Positions 1-8,280 of a stretch of 64,000 nt of DNA are shown here, one piece after another. Within the stretch, counting starts at the first letter, position 1. Each line of letters starts with the position of its first letter. Source of the DNA: a bacterium (GTDB lineage Bacteria > Patescibacteriota > CPR2 > UBA1875 > JAJYID01); contig JAUSJO010000005.1 of NCBI GenBank assembly GCA_030647205.1, forward strand, positions 74,523-138,522. The letters are read 5' to 3'. The notes beneath the pieces were generated by a model. It was not told where the DNA came from. It saw nothing but the letters and a program-made list of their open reading frames with translations, and did not search any database. A program made the position numbers and the translations under genes.

Positions 1-160
1 TCCGCCTACGCCAATAGCAAATCCTGGTTTGGAATCGATTGAAGCGGTATTAAGCCCCGAAAATACTAACTACTACTACTTTTTCTCAGGTAAGGATGGA
101 AAGACCTATTTTTCGGAAAATCAGGATCAGCATGAAGCACTAAAGGCAAAGTATTTGTAG
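1..160 (+). CDS. mltG: endolytic transglycosylase MltG, 3' end (partial)
   Basis: Frame 2 reads PPTPIANPGLESIEAVLSP...YYYFFSGKDGKTYFS...HEALKAKYL*, a typical MltG/YceG C-terminus. Confidence 0.85.
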   Translation, partial: PPTPIANPGLESIEAVLSPENTNYYYFFSGKDGKTYFSENQDQHEALKAKYL

Positions 161-163
161 GTT

Positions 164-431
164 TGTCATCCTGAGGTACGAAGAATCTCATCCTGTCATT
201 CCGGGCTTGATCCGGAATCCAGGCTAGTTAAATCTGCTATCGCAGTCATCATCATTTATCTACTTTTTTAGAAAAAGTAGAATCAAAAATCACCGACTAG
301 CACTACGAAATAGATAAAACTAATAAAAATTTATCATTCAAAACACGAAGCGTTTCACTAAAGCGTGCTTTTGTCCTAAAGGAACATTCTAAATTTTTAA
401 GTTTTATTGACTATTTCTTCGTGATGTCGGA
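164..431. repeat. composite palindromic repeat locus A (two GTCAT-foot REP-like hairpins plus long hairpin type D1)
   Basis: TGTCATCCTGAGG..GAAGAATCTC and TGTCATTCCGGGCTTGATCCGGAATCCAG; 256-431 is near-identical to 19851-20100. Confidence 0.85.
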
Positions 432-562
432 GAAAATTAAGATTAAAATTTAGGCGGATTCGTTTGACAAGGGTAAGCTTGTCGGGGTATAATCTTGTTC
501 GTATCTTTAGGGAGGAAGCTTTACTGATATTGATAGAATAAAACCCCTTCAAGTACAAAAAA

Positions 563-1747
563 ATGAAAAAAATCTTTAGGCCTATTGGCCAAAATACTAA
601 AAAAATATTTTCCAAAGCTAAAGCGCCGTTTACAAACGTAAAGATGCCTGACAAGGAAGCATCCTTAGGTTGGGTTTCGGGAAAGAAAGAAGGCGCGGGG
701 AGCATATTTAAGCGTTCAACGAGACGGTTTTCTCATTATGCCGTGATGTTTATATTCCTGATCGTGATTGCTGTTGGGGTCTTTACAAGACCTCACGAAA
801 ATAAAACGGAAAAAAACCCTTATCTTTTCAATAAGGTTGATGAAGAGGTCAATGAGGTAACTTATATGCAGTCGGTAGCGACTATTGGCGGTATAGTTGA
901 CGAGAAGATCAGTCAACAGGTTTATGAAGTAGAAACAAAGAATGATACAGCTCCTGTTTTGGCGGTGGCTGGAAATGGATTTTTGGCGAAACCGGTTTTA
1001 TCAGAAGCGCGAAGTTCGGGGGATAAACCAAAGAATGATATAACCGAGTATATTGTAAAAGATGGAGATACACTCTCAATCATCGCAAACAGTCTTGGGC
1101 TTACAACAGACACCTTAAGGTGGGCAAACAATATCGATGACCCGGACTCTGTAAAGCCCGGAACGAAACTTCTGATACCTCCGACTAATGGTGTTTTATA
1201 TACTGCTCAGGCAGGAGATACCATTGAGTCTATCGCAAGCAGATACAGCGGTAGCGCATCTATGATTATTGCTCAAAATGACTTATATGGAGAAGAGATC
1301 AAGGCCGGGATGAGAATAATGATACCTGATGGTGTAGGACCTGACGTTGTAAAGCCTGAACCTGAGCCAGAACCACAACAAGAGGAAGACGATGCTCCTG
1401 CGCCTCAACCAAGAACGAAAGTGGCTTCATATGGTGGCTCGTCTTACAATAGGTTTCCATATGGCTGGTGCACTTATTATGTCGCATCTAGACGAAATGT
1501 ACCGTGGAGCGGAAATGCAGGAGACTGGTACTGGAATGCTCAAAGAGCCGGATATTCAGTTGGCAGGGCGCCGTCTGCGGGAGCTATCATGGTAACGGGC
1601 GAGTCCGGTTGGGGGCATGTGGCATACGTAGAAAGCGTAAGTGGTGGATCATTCACCGTTTCTGAGATGAACTATGCGGGTTGGGGTGTTGTTTCAAGAA
1701 GGACAATTACAACCGGTCAGGTTCCGTTGTACGGGTTTATTTATTAG
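563..1747 (+). CDS. membrane-anchored LysM x2 + CHAP peptidoglycan hydrolase
   Basis: TM helix, LysM YIVKDGDTLSIIA and YTAQAGDTIESIA, CHAP GWCTYY...WGHVAYVE...VSEMNY. Confidence 0.9.
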   Translation: MKKIFRPIGQNTKKIFSKAKAPFTNVKMPDKEASLGWVSGKKEGAGSIFKRSTRRFSHYAVMFIFLIVIAVGVFTRPHENKTEKNPYLFNKVDEEVNEVTYMQSVATIGGIVDEKISQQVYEVETKNDTAPVLAVAGNGFLAKPVLSEARSSGDKPKNDITEYIVKDGDTLSIIANSLGLTTDTLRWANNIDDPDSVKPGTKLLIPPTNGVLYTAQAGDTIESIASRYSGSASMIIAQNDLYGEEIKAGMRIMIPDGVGPDVVKPEPEPEPQQEEDDAPAPQPRTKVASYGGSSYNRFPYGWCTYYVASRRNVPWSGNAGDWYWNAQRAGYSVGRAPSAGAIMVTGESGWGHVAYVESVSGGSFTVSEMNYAGWGVVSRRTITTGQVPLYGFIY

Positions 1748-1825
1748 CTAATAGTTTTTAGTTTTAATTTTGCAATTTGCAAACCTATCCTCATAAGAGG
1801 ATAATTTATTTTAAGAAAGGTAAGT

Positions 1826-3127
1826 ATGTTTTGTGATAAGGTGACAATTAAACTTACAGCGGGCAAGGGCGGAGATGGGCTTGTCAACTTTTTGCATGAA
1901 AAATATCGTGAAAAGGGAGGGCCGGACGGTGGAAATGGCGGCCACGGAGGAAGTGTTTTCATTGTTACAGATGCGAGCGTCAATACTCTTTATGCCTATA
2001 AAACAAAGAGCCGGTTAAAGGCGGAAAACGGAGAAAACGGCAAAAGAAGAGCAAAGGCGGGCGTCGGAGCAAAAGATTTATACGTAAAGGTTCCGATTGG
2101 AACGGTTATATACGACGAGGAAACAGGAGAAAAAATATTTGATTTAACAGGGGAAAAACAGGCAGTGCTAGCCGCAAAAGGTGGAGAAGGCGGGTATGGC
2201 AACGCTCACTTTGTCTCATCGGTCAGACAAGCACCTCAAGTAGCAGAAATAGGCGAAAGAGGAGAAGAAAGGTTTGTGCGGATGGAGCTGAAACTGATAG
2301 CCGATGTCGGTCTTGTAGGCTTGCCTAACGTCGGGAAATCGACTCTGCTTTCCGTGGTATCTGCTGCTAAACCGAAAATCGCCGACTATCATTTTACAAC
2401 GCTGGTTCCGAACTTGGGTGTTGTTGACGGTTCTAAATTTGGAATAGAAAACTTTAGTTTTGTGATTGCTGATATTCCGGGGCTGATCGAAGGCGCTTCT
2501 CAGGGGAAGGGTTTGGGCGATGAGTTCCTGCGCCACGTTGAGCGGACAAAAGTACTCGTTCATATTATCGAGTCAACGAGCCAAGACTTCGTAAAAGATT
2601 TCGACGATATAAATAATGAACTCGAGGTATTTAATAAGGACTTAATCCAAAAACCGCAGATTGTAGTGCTTTCAAAGGCAGATTTGTCAGCTGATTTCTC
2701 GGCGAGTTTAAAGAAATTCAAGGCGCATTTGAAGAAAGTTAAGGGAATACAAATCGTGAACCAAGAGCCAATCGTGATTTCAGCGCCAACCCACCAAGGT
2801 GTAAAAGCGCTGATGTCGCAAGTTGCCCAAACTTTACAAAAATATCAGCCGAAGGAGGAAGAAGTAATACAAGAAGAGTACAAAGTATTTACGCCGGAGG
2901 ATTTGGTTGGTAATAGATTTTCAGTCGAAAAGGAAGATGACAAGTTCATTATTACCGGGGCAAAAATAGAAAGGTTCGCCCGAAAAACTGACTTTAACAA
3001 TATCCATGCCAAGACGAGATTTGTAGATATTATGAAAAAAACAGGGATCTTGAAGGAACTTGAAAAACAAGGAGCAAGATCAGACTCGAACATTGAGGTT
3101 TCAGGAAAGAAATTTAAGTTAGGATAA
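1826..3127 (+). CDS. obgE: GTPase ObgE/CgtA
   Basis: Gly-rich Obg fold (GGPDGGNGGHGG), GLPNVGKST, YHFTTLVPNLG, DIPGLIEGA. Confidence 0.97.
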   Translation: MFCDKVTIKLTAGKGGDGLVNFLHEKYREKGGPDGGNGGHGGSVFIVTDASVNTLYAYKTKSRLKAENGENGKRRAKAGVGAKDLYVKVPIGTVIYDEETGEKIFDLTGEKQAVLAAKGGEGGYGNAHFVSSVRQAPQVAEIGERGEERFVRMELKLIADVGLVGLPNVGKSTLLSVVSAAKPKIADYHFTTLVPNLGVVDGSKFGIENFSFVIADIPGLIEGASQGKGLGDEFLRHVERTKVLVHIIESTSQDFVKDFDDINNELEVFNKDLIQKPQIVVLSKADLSADFSASLKKFKAHLKKVKGIQIVNQEPIVISAPTHQGVKALMSQVAQTLQKYQPKEEEVIQEEYKVFTPEDLVGNRFSVEKEDDKFIITGAKIERFARKTDFNNIHAKTRFVDIMKKTGILKELEKQGARSDSNIEVSGKKFKLG

Positions 3128-3129
3128 AA

Positions 3130-4008
3130 GTGACCATAAAAGAAATTCTAATTTGGAGCACGAAAGAACTCAAAAATAACAATGTTTCCGAACCTGAAAA
3201 GTCGGCAGAGCTTTTGTTGCGGCAAATATTAAATTGGGACAAAGCGAAGTTGATAGCGAATCCGGATTACAAATTGAATTCTGCTCAGGAAAGTAAATTC
3301 CGGGAATTCATTGAAAGACGTAAAAAACATGAACCGGTTTGGTATATCACGGGAAAAATCGAATTTTACGGATTAGATCTGGCAGTAAACCAGGATGTAC
3401 TTATCCCGAGACCGGAAACGGAATTTTTAGTTGAGGAAGTTCTCTCTGTCATTCTGACGAAGGAAGAATCTAAAAAGAGATCCTTCGTGCCTCAGGATGA
3501 CATATTTAGGATATTAGAGCTAGGAACCGGCAGCGGTGCGATTGCATTGTCGTTGGCAAATAAATTAAAGTCAAAAATATTTGCTTCAGATATTTCAAAA
3601 GAAGCTCTAGAAGTTGCAAAGAAAAATACGAAGAAATTAGAATTAGAAAAATACATTGAGTTTAGACAGGGGAGTTTGTTTGAACCGTGGGGCAGTGAGA
3701 AATTCGATTGTTTCGTAGCGAATTTGCCATATATTCCACATGAAGATATGAGCTCGTTAGCTCTAGATATCCATCACTTCGAGCCACGCTTAGCATTAGA
3801 CGGAGGGAAAGAAGGATTAGAAATTTATGAGGAGCTGTTGTCTCAAGCAGGAGATTATTTAAACGAAAACGCTATGATGTTTTTTGAGATAGGAATTGAT
3901 CAGGGAGATAAATTAAAGAAATTAGTAGAAAAATATCTGCCGAAAGCAAAAGTGAGGATTATAAAGGATTATGGCGATATAGATCGCATAGCGGTTATTT
4001 CTACCTAA
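3130..4008 (+). CDS. prmC: release factor glutamine methyltransferase PrmC/HemK
   Basis: VLIPRPETE, LELGTGSGAI, NLPY, EPRLALDGG. Confidence 0.93.
   Translation: MTIKEILIWSTKELKNNNVSEPEKSAELLLRQILNWDKAKLIANPDYKLNSAQESKFREFIERRKKHEPVWYITGKIEFYGLDLAVNQDVLIPRPETEFLVEEVLSVILTKEESKKRSFVPQDDIFRILELGTGSGAIALSLANKLKSKIFASDISKEALEVAKKNTKKLELEKYIEFRQGSLFEPWGSEKFDCFVANLPYIPHEDMSSLALDIHHFEPRLALDGGKEGLEIYEELLSQAGDYLNENAMMFFEIGIDQGDKLKKLVEKYLPKAKVRIIKDYGDIDRIAVIST
3447..3502. repeat. REP-like inverted doublet located inside prmC, frame preserved
   Basis: TGTCATTCTGACGAAGGAAGAATCT-aaaaag-AGATCCTTCGTGCCTCAGGATGACA; near reverse complement of 60007-60064. Confidence 0.85.
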
Positions 4009-4043
4009 GCTGCTTGCCCCGCCAGAAGAGGGTAAACTCTGTG

Positions 4044-4372
4044 GAGGGATCCCTTTCTCTGTCATCCTGAGGCACGAAGGATCTCAATCCCATCATCCCC
4101 ACCTTCCTCTGTCATTCCCACGGAGGTGGGAATCCAGTCTTTAAAATATTATCCACTTTTTTAGAAAAAGTGGAGTAAAAATCGCGACTTATGGCGGCGA
4201 CAAAGTGTCGGATTTCAGTTCTCTCTCACTTTGAAAAAATGAACTCGCTAGATCGCTCAGACAACATTATTTTCAAAGTCTTCGTTCGCTTTATCCTCTC
4301 TTTGTCTTCGATAGTCGCATTAGAGATTATTCGGCTTATTCTCTTTTTGAAAAAATCATGCCGGGGGGGAAG
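4044..4372. repeat. composite palindromic repeat locus B (GTCAT modules plus long hairpin type D2)
   Basis: 4149-4320 is nearly identical to 55762-55932; GCGACT...AGTCGC closing stem. Confidence 0.85.
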
Positions 4373-4431
4373 TCGGATTTGGTAATTACTTTTGTCTTTT
4401 TAATTTTTGATTTGAGATTTATAATCAAGTC

Positions 4432-5121
4432 ATGAAAGACAGAATAGAAAAACATACTCATGTAGAGAAAGATCTGCAGAAAAAACTAGTAAGGATCGGG
4501 GAGATTGTACAGAGTAACGAGAGAAACGCAGTTAAAGTATCTCTTATCAATGATATTTTAGGGGAGATGACTGACAAGTTTCTTGATATCCATTATCGGG
4601 CTTTAACGGACGAGATGACCGGTTTTGTGAATCGCTGGTTTTTGAATGAATTCCTAAAGAAAACAATGAAGTCCAGCCAAAGATATGGGCAGGACCTTTC
4701 TCTTGCGATTATGGATATAGATCATTTCAAAACAGTCAATGATACTTTCGGGCATACCGCGGGCGATATGGTTATTAAGGAAATTGCCGTAATAATTACT
4801 AAAAATATTCGTTCATCCGATGTGGTCTCTCGTTATGGCGGAGATGAGTTCATAGTTATCTTTCCTTCCACGAACCTTACTGATGCGAAAATCGTAATGA
4901 ACAGAATAAAACTTGCTGTAGCAGAGTATGAGTTTAGAGGCGGTATAAAGTCCGGGATAAGTTTTGGTATCGCAAATCTAAAGAAAAAGCACAGACTTTT
5001 TGAGGATCTGGTGAAAGACGCTGATGTAAAACTGTATAAAGCAAAAAAACATAGGGTAGACCCAAATGCAGGCGCAAAAAAGAGCCGTTTAAAGAAAGTA
5101 GTATCCCAGGCGAAAAAGTAG
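4432..5121 (+). CDS. diguanylate cyclase (GGDEF)
   Basis: DIDHFKTVNDTFGHTAGD, RSSD I-site, RYGGDEF. Confidence 0.92.
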   Translation: MKDRIEKHTHVEKDLQKKLVRIGEIVQSNERNAVKVSLINDILGEMTDKFLDIHYRALTDEMTGFVNRWFLNEFLKKTMKSSQRYGQDLSLAIMDIDHFKTVNDTFGHTAGDMVIKEIAVIITKNIRSSDVVSRYGGDEFIVIFPSTNLTDAKIVMNRIKLAVAEYEFRGGIKSGISFGIANLKKKHRLFEDLVKDADVKLYKAKKHRVDPNAGAKKSRLKKVVSQAKK

Positions 5122-5168
5122 TTTTTCTTCAAAAGGTCGTGAATTCGTGCTAAAATAATTCCCGTTGT

Positions 5169-5244
5169 GGGCCCTTGGCTCAGTTGGTAGAGCGCATCCA
5201 TGGCATGGATGAGGTCACCGGTTCGATCCCGGTAGGGTCCACCA
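5169..5244 (+). tRNA. tRNA-Ala(GGC)
   Basis: Cloverleaf, G3:U70, anticodon GGC, GTTCGA, encoded CCA. Confidence 0.95.
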
Positions 5245-5251
5245 AAATATT

Positions 5252-5593
5252 ATGAGAGCAGTATTAAGATCAAAAATCCAAAACGTGACCGTCACAGAAG
5301 CCAACCTTGAGTATCAAGGTAGTGTTACTATTGATGAATCTCTGATGAAAAAAGCTGATATTTGGGAAGGCGAAAAAGTTCTTATTTCAAGTGTCACAAC
5401 AGGAAGGAGACTGGAAACCTATACGATTAAGGGGGAAATGGATTCGGGTGTAATTTGTATGAATGGTCCAGCCGCACATTTGATTAAAAAAGGCGAGAAT
5501 ATTACTATTATGGCATTTGAATATGTAGACGAGGAGATTACTGCAAAAAAAATACTGGCTGACGAAGAAAATAAATTTCTAAAATATTTATAA
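5252..5593 (+). CDS. panD: aspartate 1-decarboxylase proenzyme
   Basis: LEYQG/SVTID self-cleavage site, RLETY, GVICMNGPAAH. Confidence 0.9.
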   Translation: MRAVLRSKIQNVTVTEANLEYQGSVTIDESLMKKADIWEGEKVLISSVTTGRRLETYTIKGEMDSGVICMNGPAAHLIKKGENITIMAFEYVDEEITAKKILADEENKFLKYL

Positions 5594-5619
5594 AGCTGAC
5601 TTATTAGAAGGAGAGCATA

Positions 5620-6522
5620 ATGGCAATAGAACAACCGCAAGAGCAATTTCTTGAAGATATAGAAGTACAAAAGCCCATTTCTGATGAGTCTAATGTTGAT
5701 ATTGAGAAACCAAACGATCTTGTAAGAAGAGCCGAAAGTGTAATGAGATATATGTTTAGGATCAACTTGCTAGGTGAGGAAAACATTGCAGAAATTCCTA
5801 AGGATAAAAAGGTTATCATAGCGGCAACACACATTTCCGATCAGGATATGCCGCTTGTTATCGCTGCACTAGGTAAACATTTTAAAAACATCGCCGTTGC
5901 TAGAAATGAGAAAGAGTTTGATATAAAGCGCGATCCGCTGCAAAAGGCACTCATTAAGTTTTTAGAAGGCGGTAAGGATTGTAACTTGCCAATCAGCTAC
6001 ACTCAGGGGAACAGACTCAATAGCAGAGGGGTTTTTGATCCGGAAGATTTTGAACAAATGAAGGGCTCCTTAGAAAACAATTCCCCGATAGTTATGGCAG
6101 CACATAAATTTAACAATCCAGGTGAATGGCAGCTTCCTTCAAAGGCGGGGAACGGTGTCGCTTATCTATCTCAAATAACAGAAGATTCGGTTATTTTGCC
6201 GGTTGCTGTCGATGTTAAATCAGACAAGCCAATAGGATATGGTCTCGATTTCCCAAAAATTATAGCCAAAAAACCGAGAGTAGATATAAGGATAGGTAAG
6301 CCTTTTGAGCCTGATAGAGATATCGATACTGAGGCGATAAAAACAACACTCGAGAAACGAGCTATAGGGGGAGATATAAGCAGTGAAGAAAAGAAAGCGT
6401 TTAGGGCATCGACCGAAAAACTAAAGCATCTATCGGAAGCAGTAATGGACAGACTTGCAGACCTTTTGCCTGAGGAGAAAAGAGGAGGGTGGGGAACTCA
6501 TCAAAATATAAGTTCTGAGTGA
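5620..6522 (+). CDS. lysophospholipid acyltransferase-like protein
   Basis: HxxxxD motif (THISDQD), ILPVAV, IRIGKPF. Confidence 0.6.
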   Translation: MAIEQPQEQFLEDIEVQKPISDESNVDIEKPNDLVRRAESVMRYMFRINLLGEENIAEIPKDKKVIIAATHISDQDMPLVIAALGKHFKNIAVARNEKEFDIKRDPLQKALIKFLEGGKDCNLPISYTQGNRLNSRGVFDPEDFEQMKGSLENNSPIVMAAHKFNNPGEWQLPSKAGNGVAYLSQITEDSVILPVAVDVKSDKPIGYGLDFPKIIAKKPRVDIRIGKPFEPDRDIDTEAIKTTLEKRAIGGDISSEEKKAFRASTEKLKHLSEAVMDRLADLLPEEKRGGWGTHQNISSE

Positions 6523-6536
6523 TTTAAAGGAGAAAA

Positions 6537-6974
6537 ATGCTTAAGTACAAAAAATTAGAGAAGCAAGAACTAAGAATTCACTATGAGATGGTGAAGTCAC
6601 TTTACAGCCAATTAAGCAAAAGAAGTGGAGAACCCTCACTCGAGAGGTTGGAAGCAGTTATAGAAGCGGACCATGTGTTACTGGGTGCATTGGATGGAGA
6701 CAGATTGGTTGGGATAGGTTCCTTGTACATTTTGAAGATGCCAAAGGTTACTAAATGTTTGATAGAAGACATAGTGGTCGATGAATCCGCCAGAGGAAAA
6801 GGGGTGGGCAGATCAATCACAACAAAACTCATAGAGGAGGCTAAAAAGATAGACGCGAACTATGTGGACTTAACTAGCAAGAGAGCAAGAGTTGCCTCAC
6901 ATAAGCTTTACCAGTCGCTGGGGTTTGAAGAAAGAGAGTCAAATATCTACCGCCTACATTTCAAAGGGTATTAG
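6537..6974 (+). CDS. GNAT N-acetyltransferase
   Basis: IEDIVVDESARGKGVG, LYQSLGF. Confidence 0.9.
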   Translation: MLKYKKLEKQELRIHYEMVKSLYSQLSKRSGEPSLERLEAVIEADHVLLGALDGDRLVGIGSLYILKMPKVTKCLIEDIVVDESARGKGVGRSITTKLIEEAKKIDANYVDLTSKRARVASHKLYQSLGFEERESNIYRLHFKGY

Positions 6975-7064
6975 TGCTTTCTAGGTTTTTGATAAACTAC
7001 CGATAAAATGTTAAAATCTCATTAAGCACCTTAAGCCTCTATAAAATTTTCTCAAGGGAGAGAT

Positions 7065-7511
7065 ATGAAAATCGCGATTGGTTCTGACCACGCAGGTTAT
7101 GAGCTCAAAGAAGAACTCATGGCTCATCTGTCACATCGAGGATTTGAACTTGTGGATTTTGGCACCTATAACGGAGACACCTCCGTTGACTACCCTGACT
7201 ATGCTGAAGCTGTTGCCAGGGAAGTCTCAAACGGTGAGTTTGAAAAGGGAATCCTCGTTTGCGGTACCGGTATAGGCGTGGCGATCGCCGCTAACAAAGT
7301 CAAAGGTATTCGTGCCGCAAACTGTAATGAAGTCGAGATGGCAGTTTTGAGCCGCAGGCACAACGATGCCAACATACTTACTATCGGCGGCAGAGTGGTA
7401 GACCACAAAGATGCCCAAGATATAGCAAGTGTTTGGCTAAGTACTGAGTTTGAGGGAGAGAGGCACATCGGGAGGATCCAGAAGATATCAGATATCGAAG
7501 TATCTTCCTGA
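7065..7511 (+). CDS. rpiB: ribose-5-phosphate isomerase B
   Basis: GSDHAG, VDYPD, CGTGIG, HNDAN, FEGERH. Confidence 0.96.
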   Translation: MKIAIGSDHAGYELKEELMAHLSHRGFELVDFGTYNGDTSVDYPDYAEAVAREVSNGEFEKGILVCGTGIGVAIAANKVKGIRAANCNEVEMAVLSRRHNDANILTIGGRVVDHKDAQDIASVWLSTEFEGERHIGRIQKISDIEVSS

Positions 7512-7530
7512 GATTGTTCTTTAAATAAAA

Positions 7531-7557
7531 AAAAGCGCCGCGGTATGCGGCGCTTTT
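7531..7557. terminator. bidirectional intrinsic terminator
   Basis: AAAAGCGCCGC-ggtat-GCGGCGCTTTT between convergent genes. Confidence 0.75.
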
Positions 7558-8140
7558 AAATCCAATTCATGAGGACATGATGTCCTCTGGCTAGGAATTC
7601 GTAAGTACGCCAATAGGTTTCATTATGAGCTCGCCACTGAGTGCCTTTCGGGTCATAACCCACGACTTCTAGCCCTGGCGGTATGATGACCTCTGCTCCC
7701 AGTTTTTCGAATACTTTCTGCATCCTCCAAACCAAGAGCGGGTGAGTGGCAATAATCACACGTGTCCAGCTGTTTTCTTGCATCCATTTCCAGGTTTGTG
7801 TCTCGATTTCATAGCATGAGACATATTTACCCGAGATATGGTGATGAAAAATTGCTTTCTCCACGTGGATTCCACTTAGTGCCTCAGATTGAACTATTTC
7901 ACCTTGGGCGCTGATGGGCAGACCGGTCTGCTGGTAGACTTTGCGAATTACTTCGCCCAGTCTTTCGTTCGGTGGGCCAGGTATTCTTAGCTCCTCAGAG
8001 ACCTTTTTGGGCCCCCGGAAACTGAAGGCCTGGCCACAGATGCATTGGCCCCTCGAAATGTCTCCTTTGGGATGGTATTCCCAGTTAGTGACTGCCTGAT
8101 ATATGAGTGGCACGTTAAACATTGCTAGCATAGAGAACAC
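7556..8140 (-). CDS. hypothetical protein (possibly YdcF/DUF218-like)
   Basis: 194-aa ORF with AGGAGGT SD; weak C-terminal resemblance (IATHPLLVWR...FEKLG). Confidence 0.55.
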   Translation of the reverse strand: MFSMLAMFNVPLIYQAVTNWEYHPKGDISRGQCICGQAFSFRGPKKVSEELRIPGPPNERLGEVIRKVYQQTGLPISAQGEIVQSEALSGIHVEKAIFHHHISGKYVSCYEIETQTWKWMQENSWTRVIIATHPLLVWRMQKVFEKLGAEVIIPPGLEVVGYDPKGTQWRAHNETYWRTYEFLARGHHVLMNWI

Positions 8141-8280
8141 CTCCTCAGGTGTTTGGACGTAGTAGGTGCGAATTCATATAATATAATAATAATTAAGATT
8201 AGTCAAGTTTATTAACGAAAATGATTGATAAGCAAAGCCGATTTGTGCTAAGATTTCCTTATTAAAGAGCGGTTTTTATT

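Noticed and set aside
234..245. CTGCTATCGCAG as a fourth conserved-core hairpin
   Set aside because: Only the mini-hairpin apex matches and there is no long stem. It does show the apex alone is not specific.
4191..4385. Short ORFs in repeat loci (also 13251-13561)
   Set aside because: They lie within palindromic repeats and are not conserved between copies.
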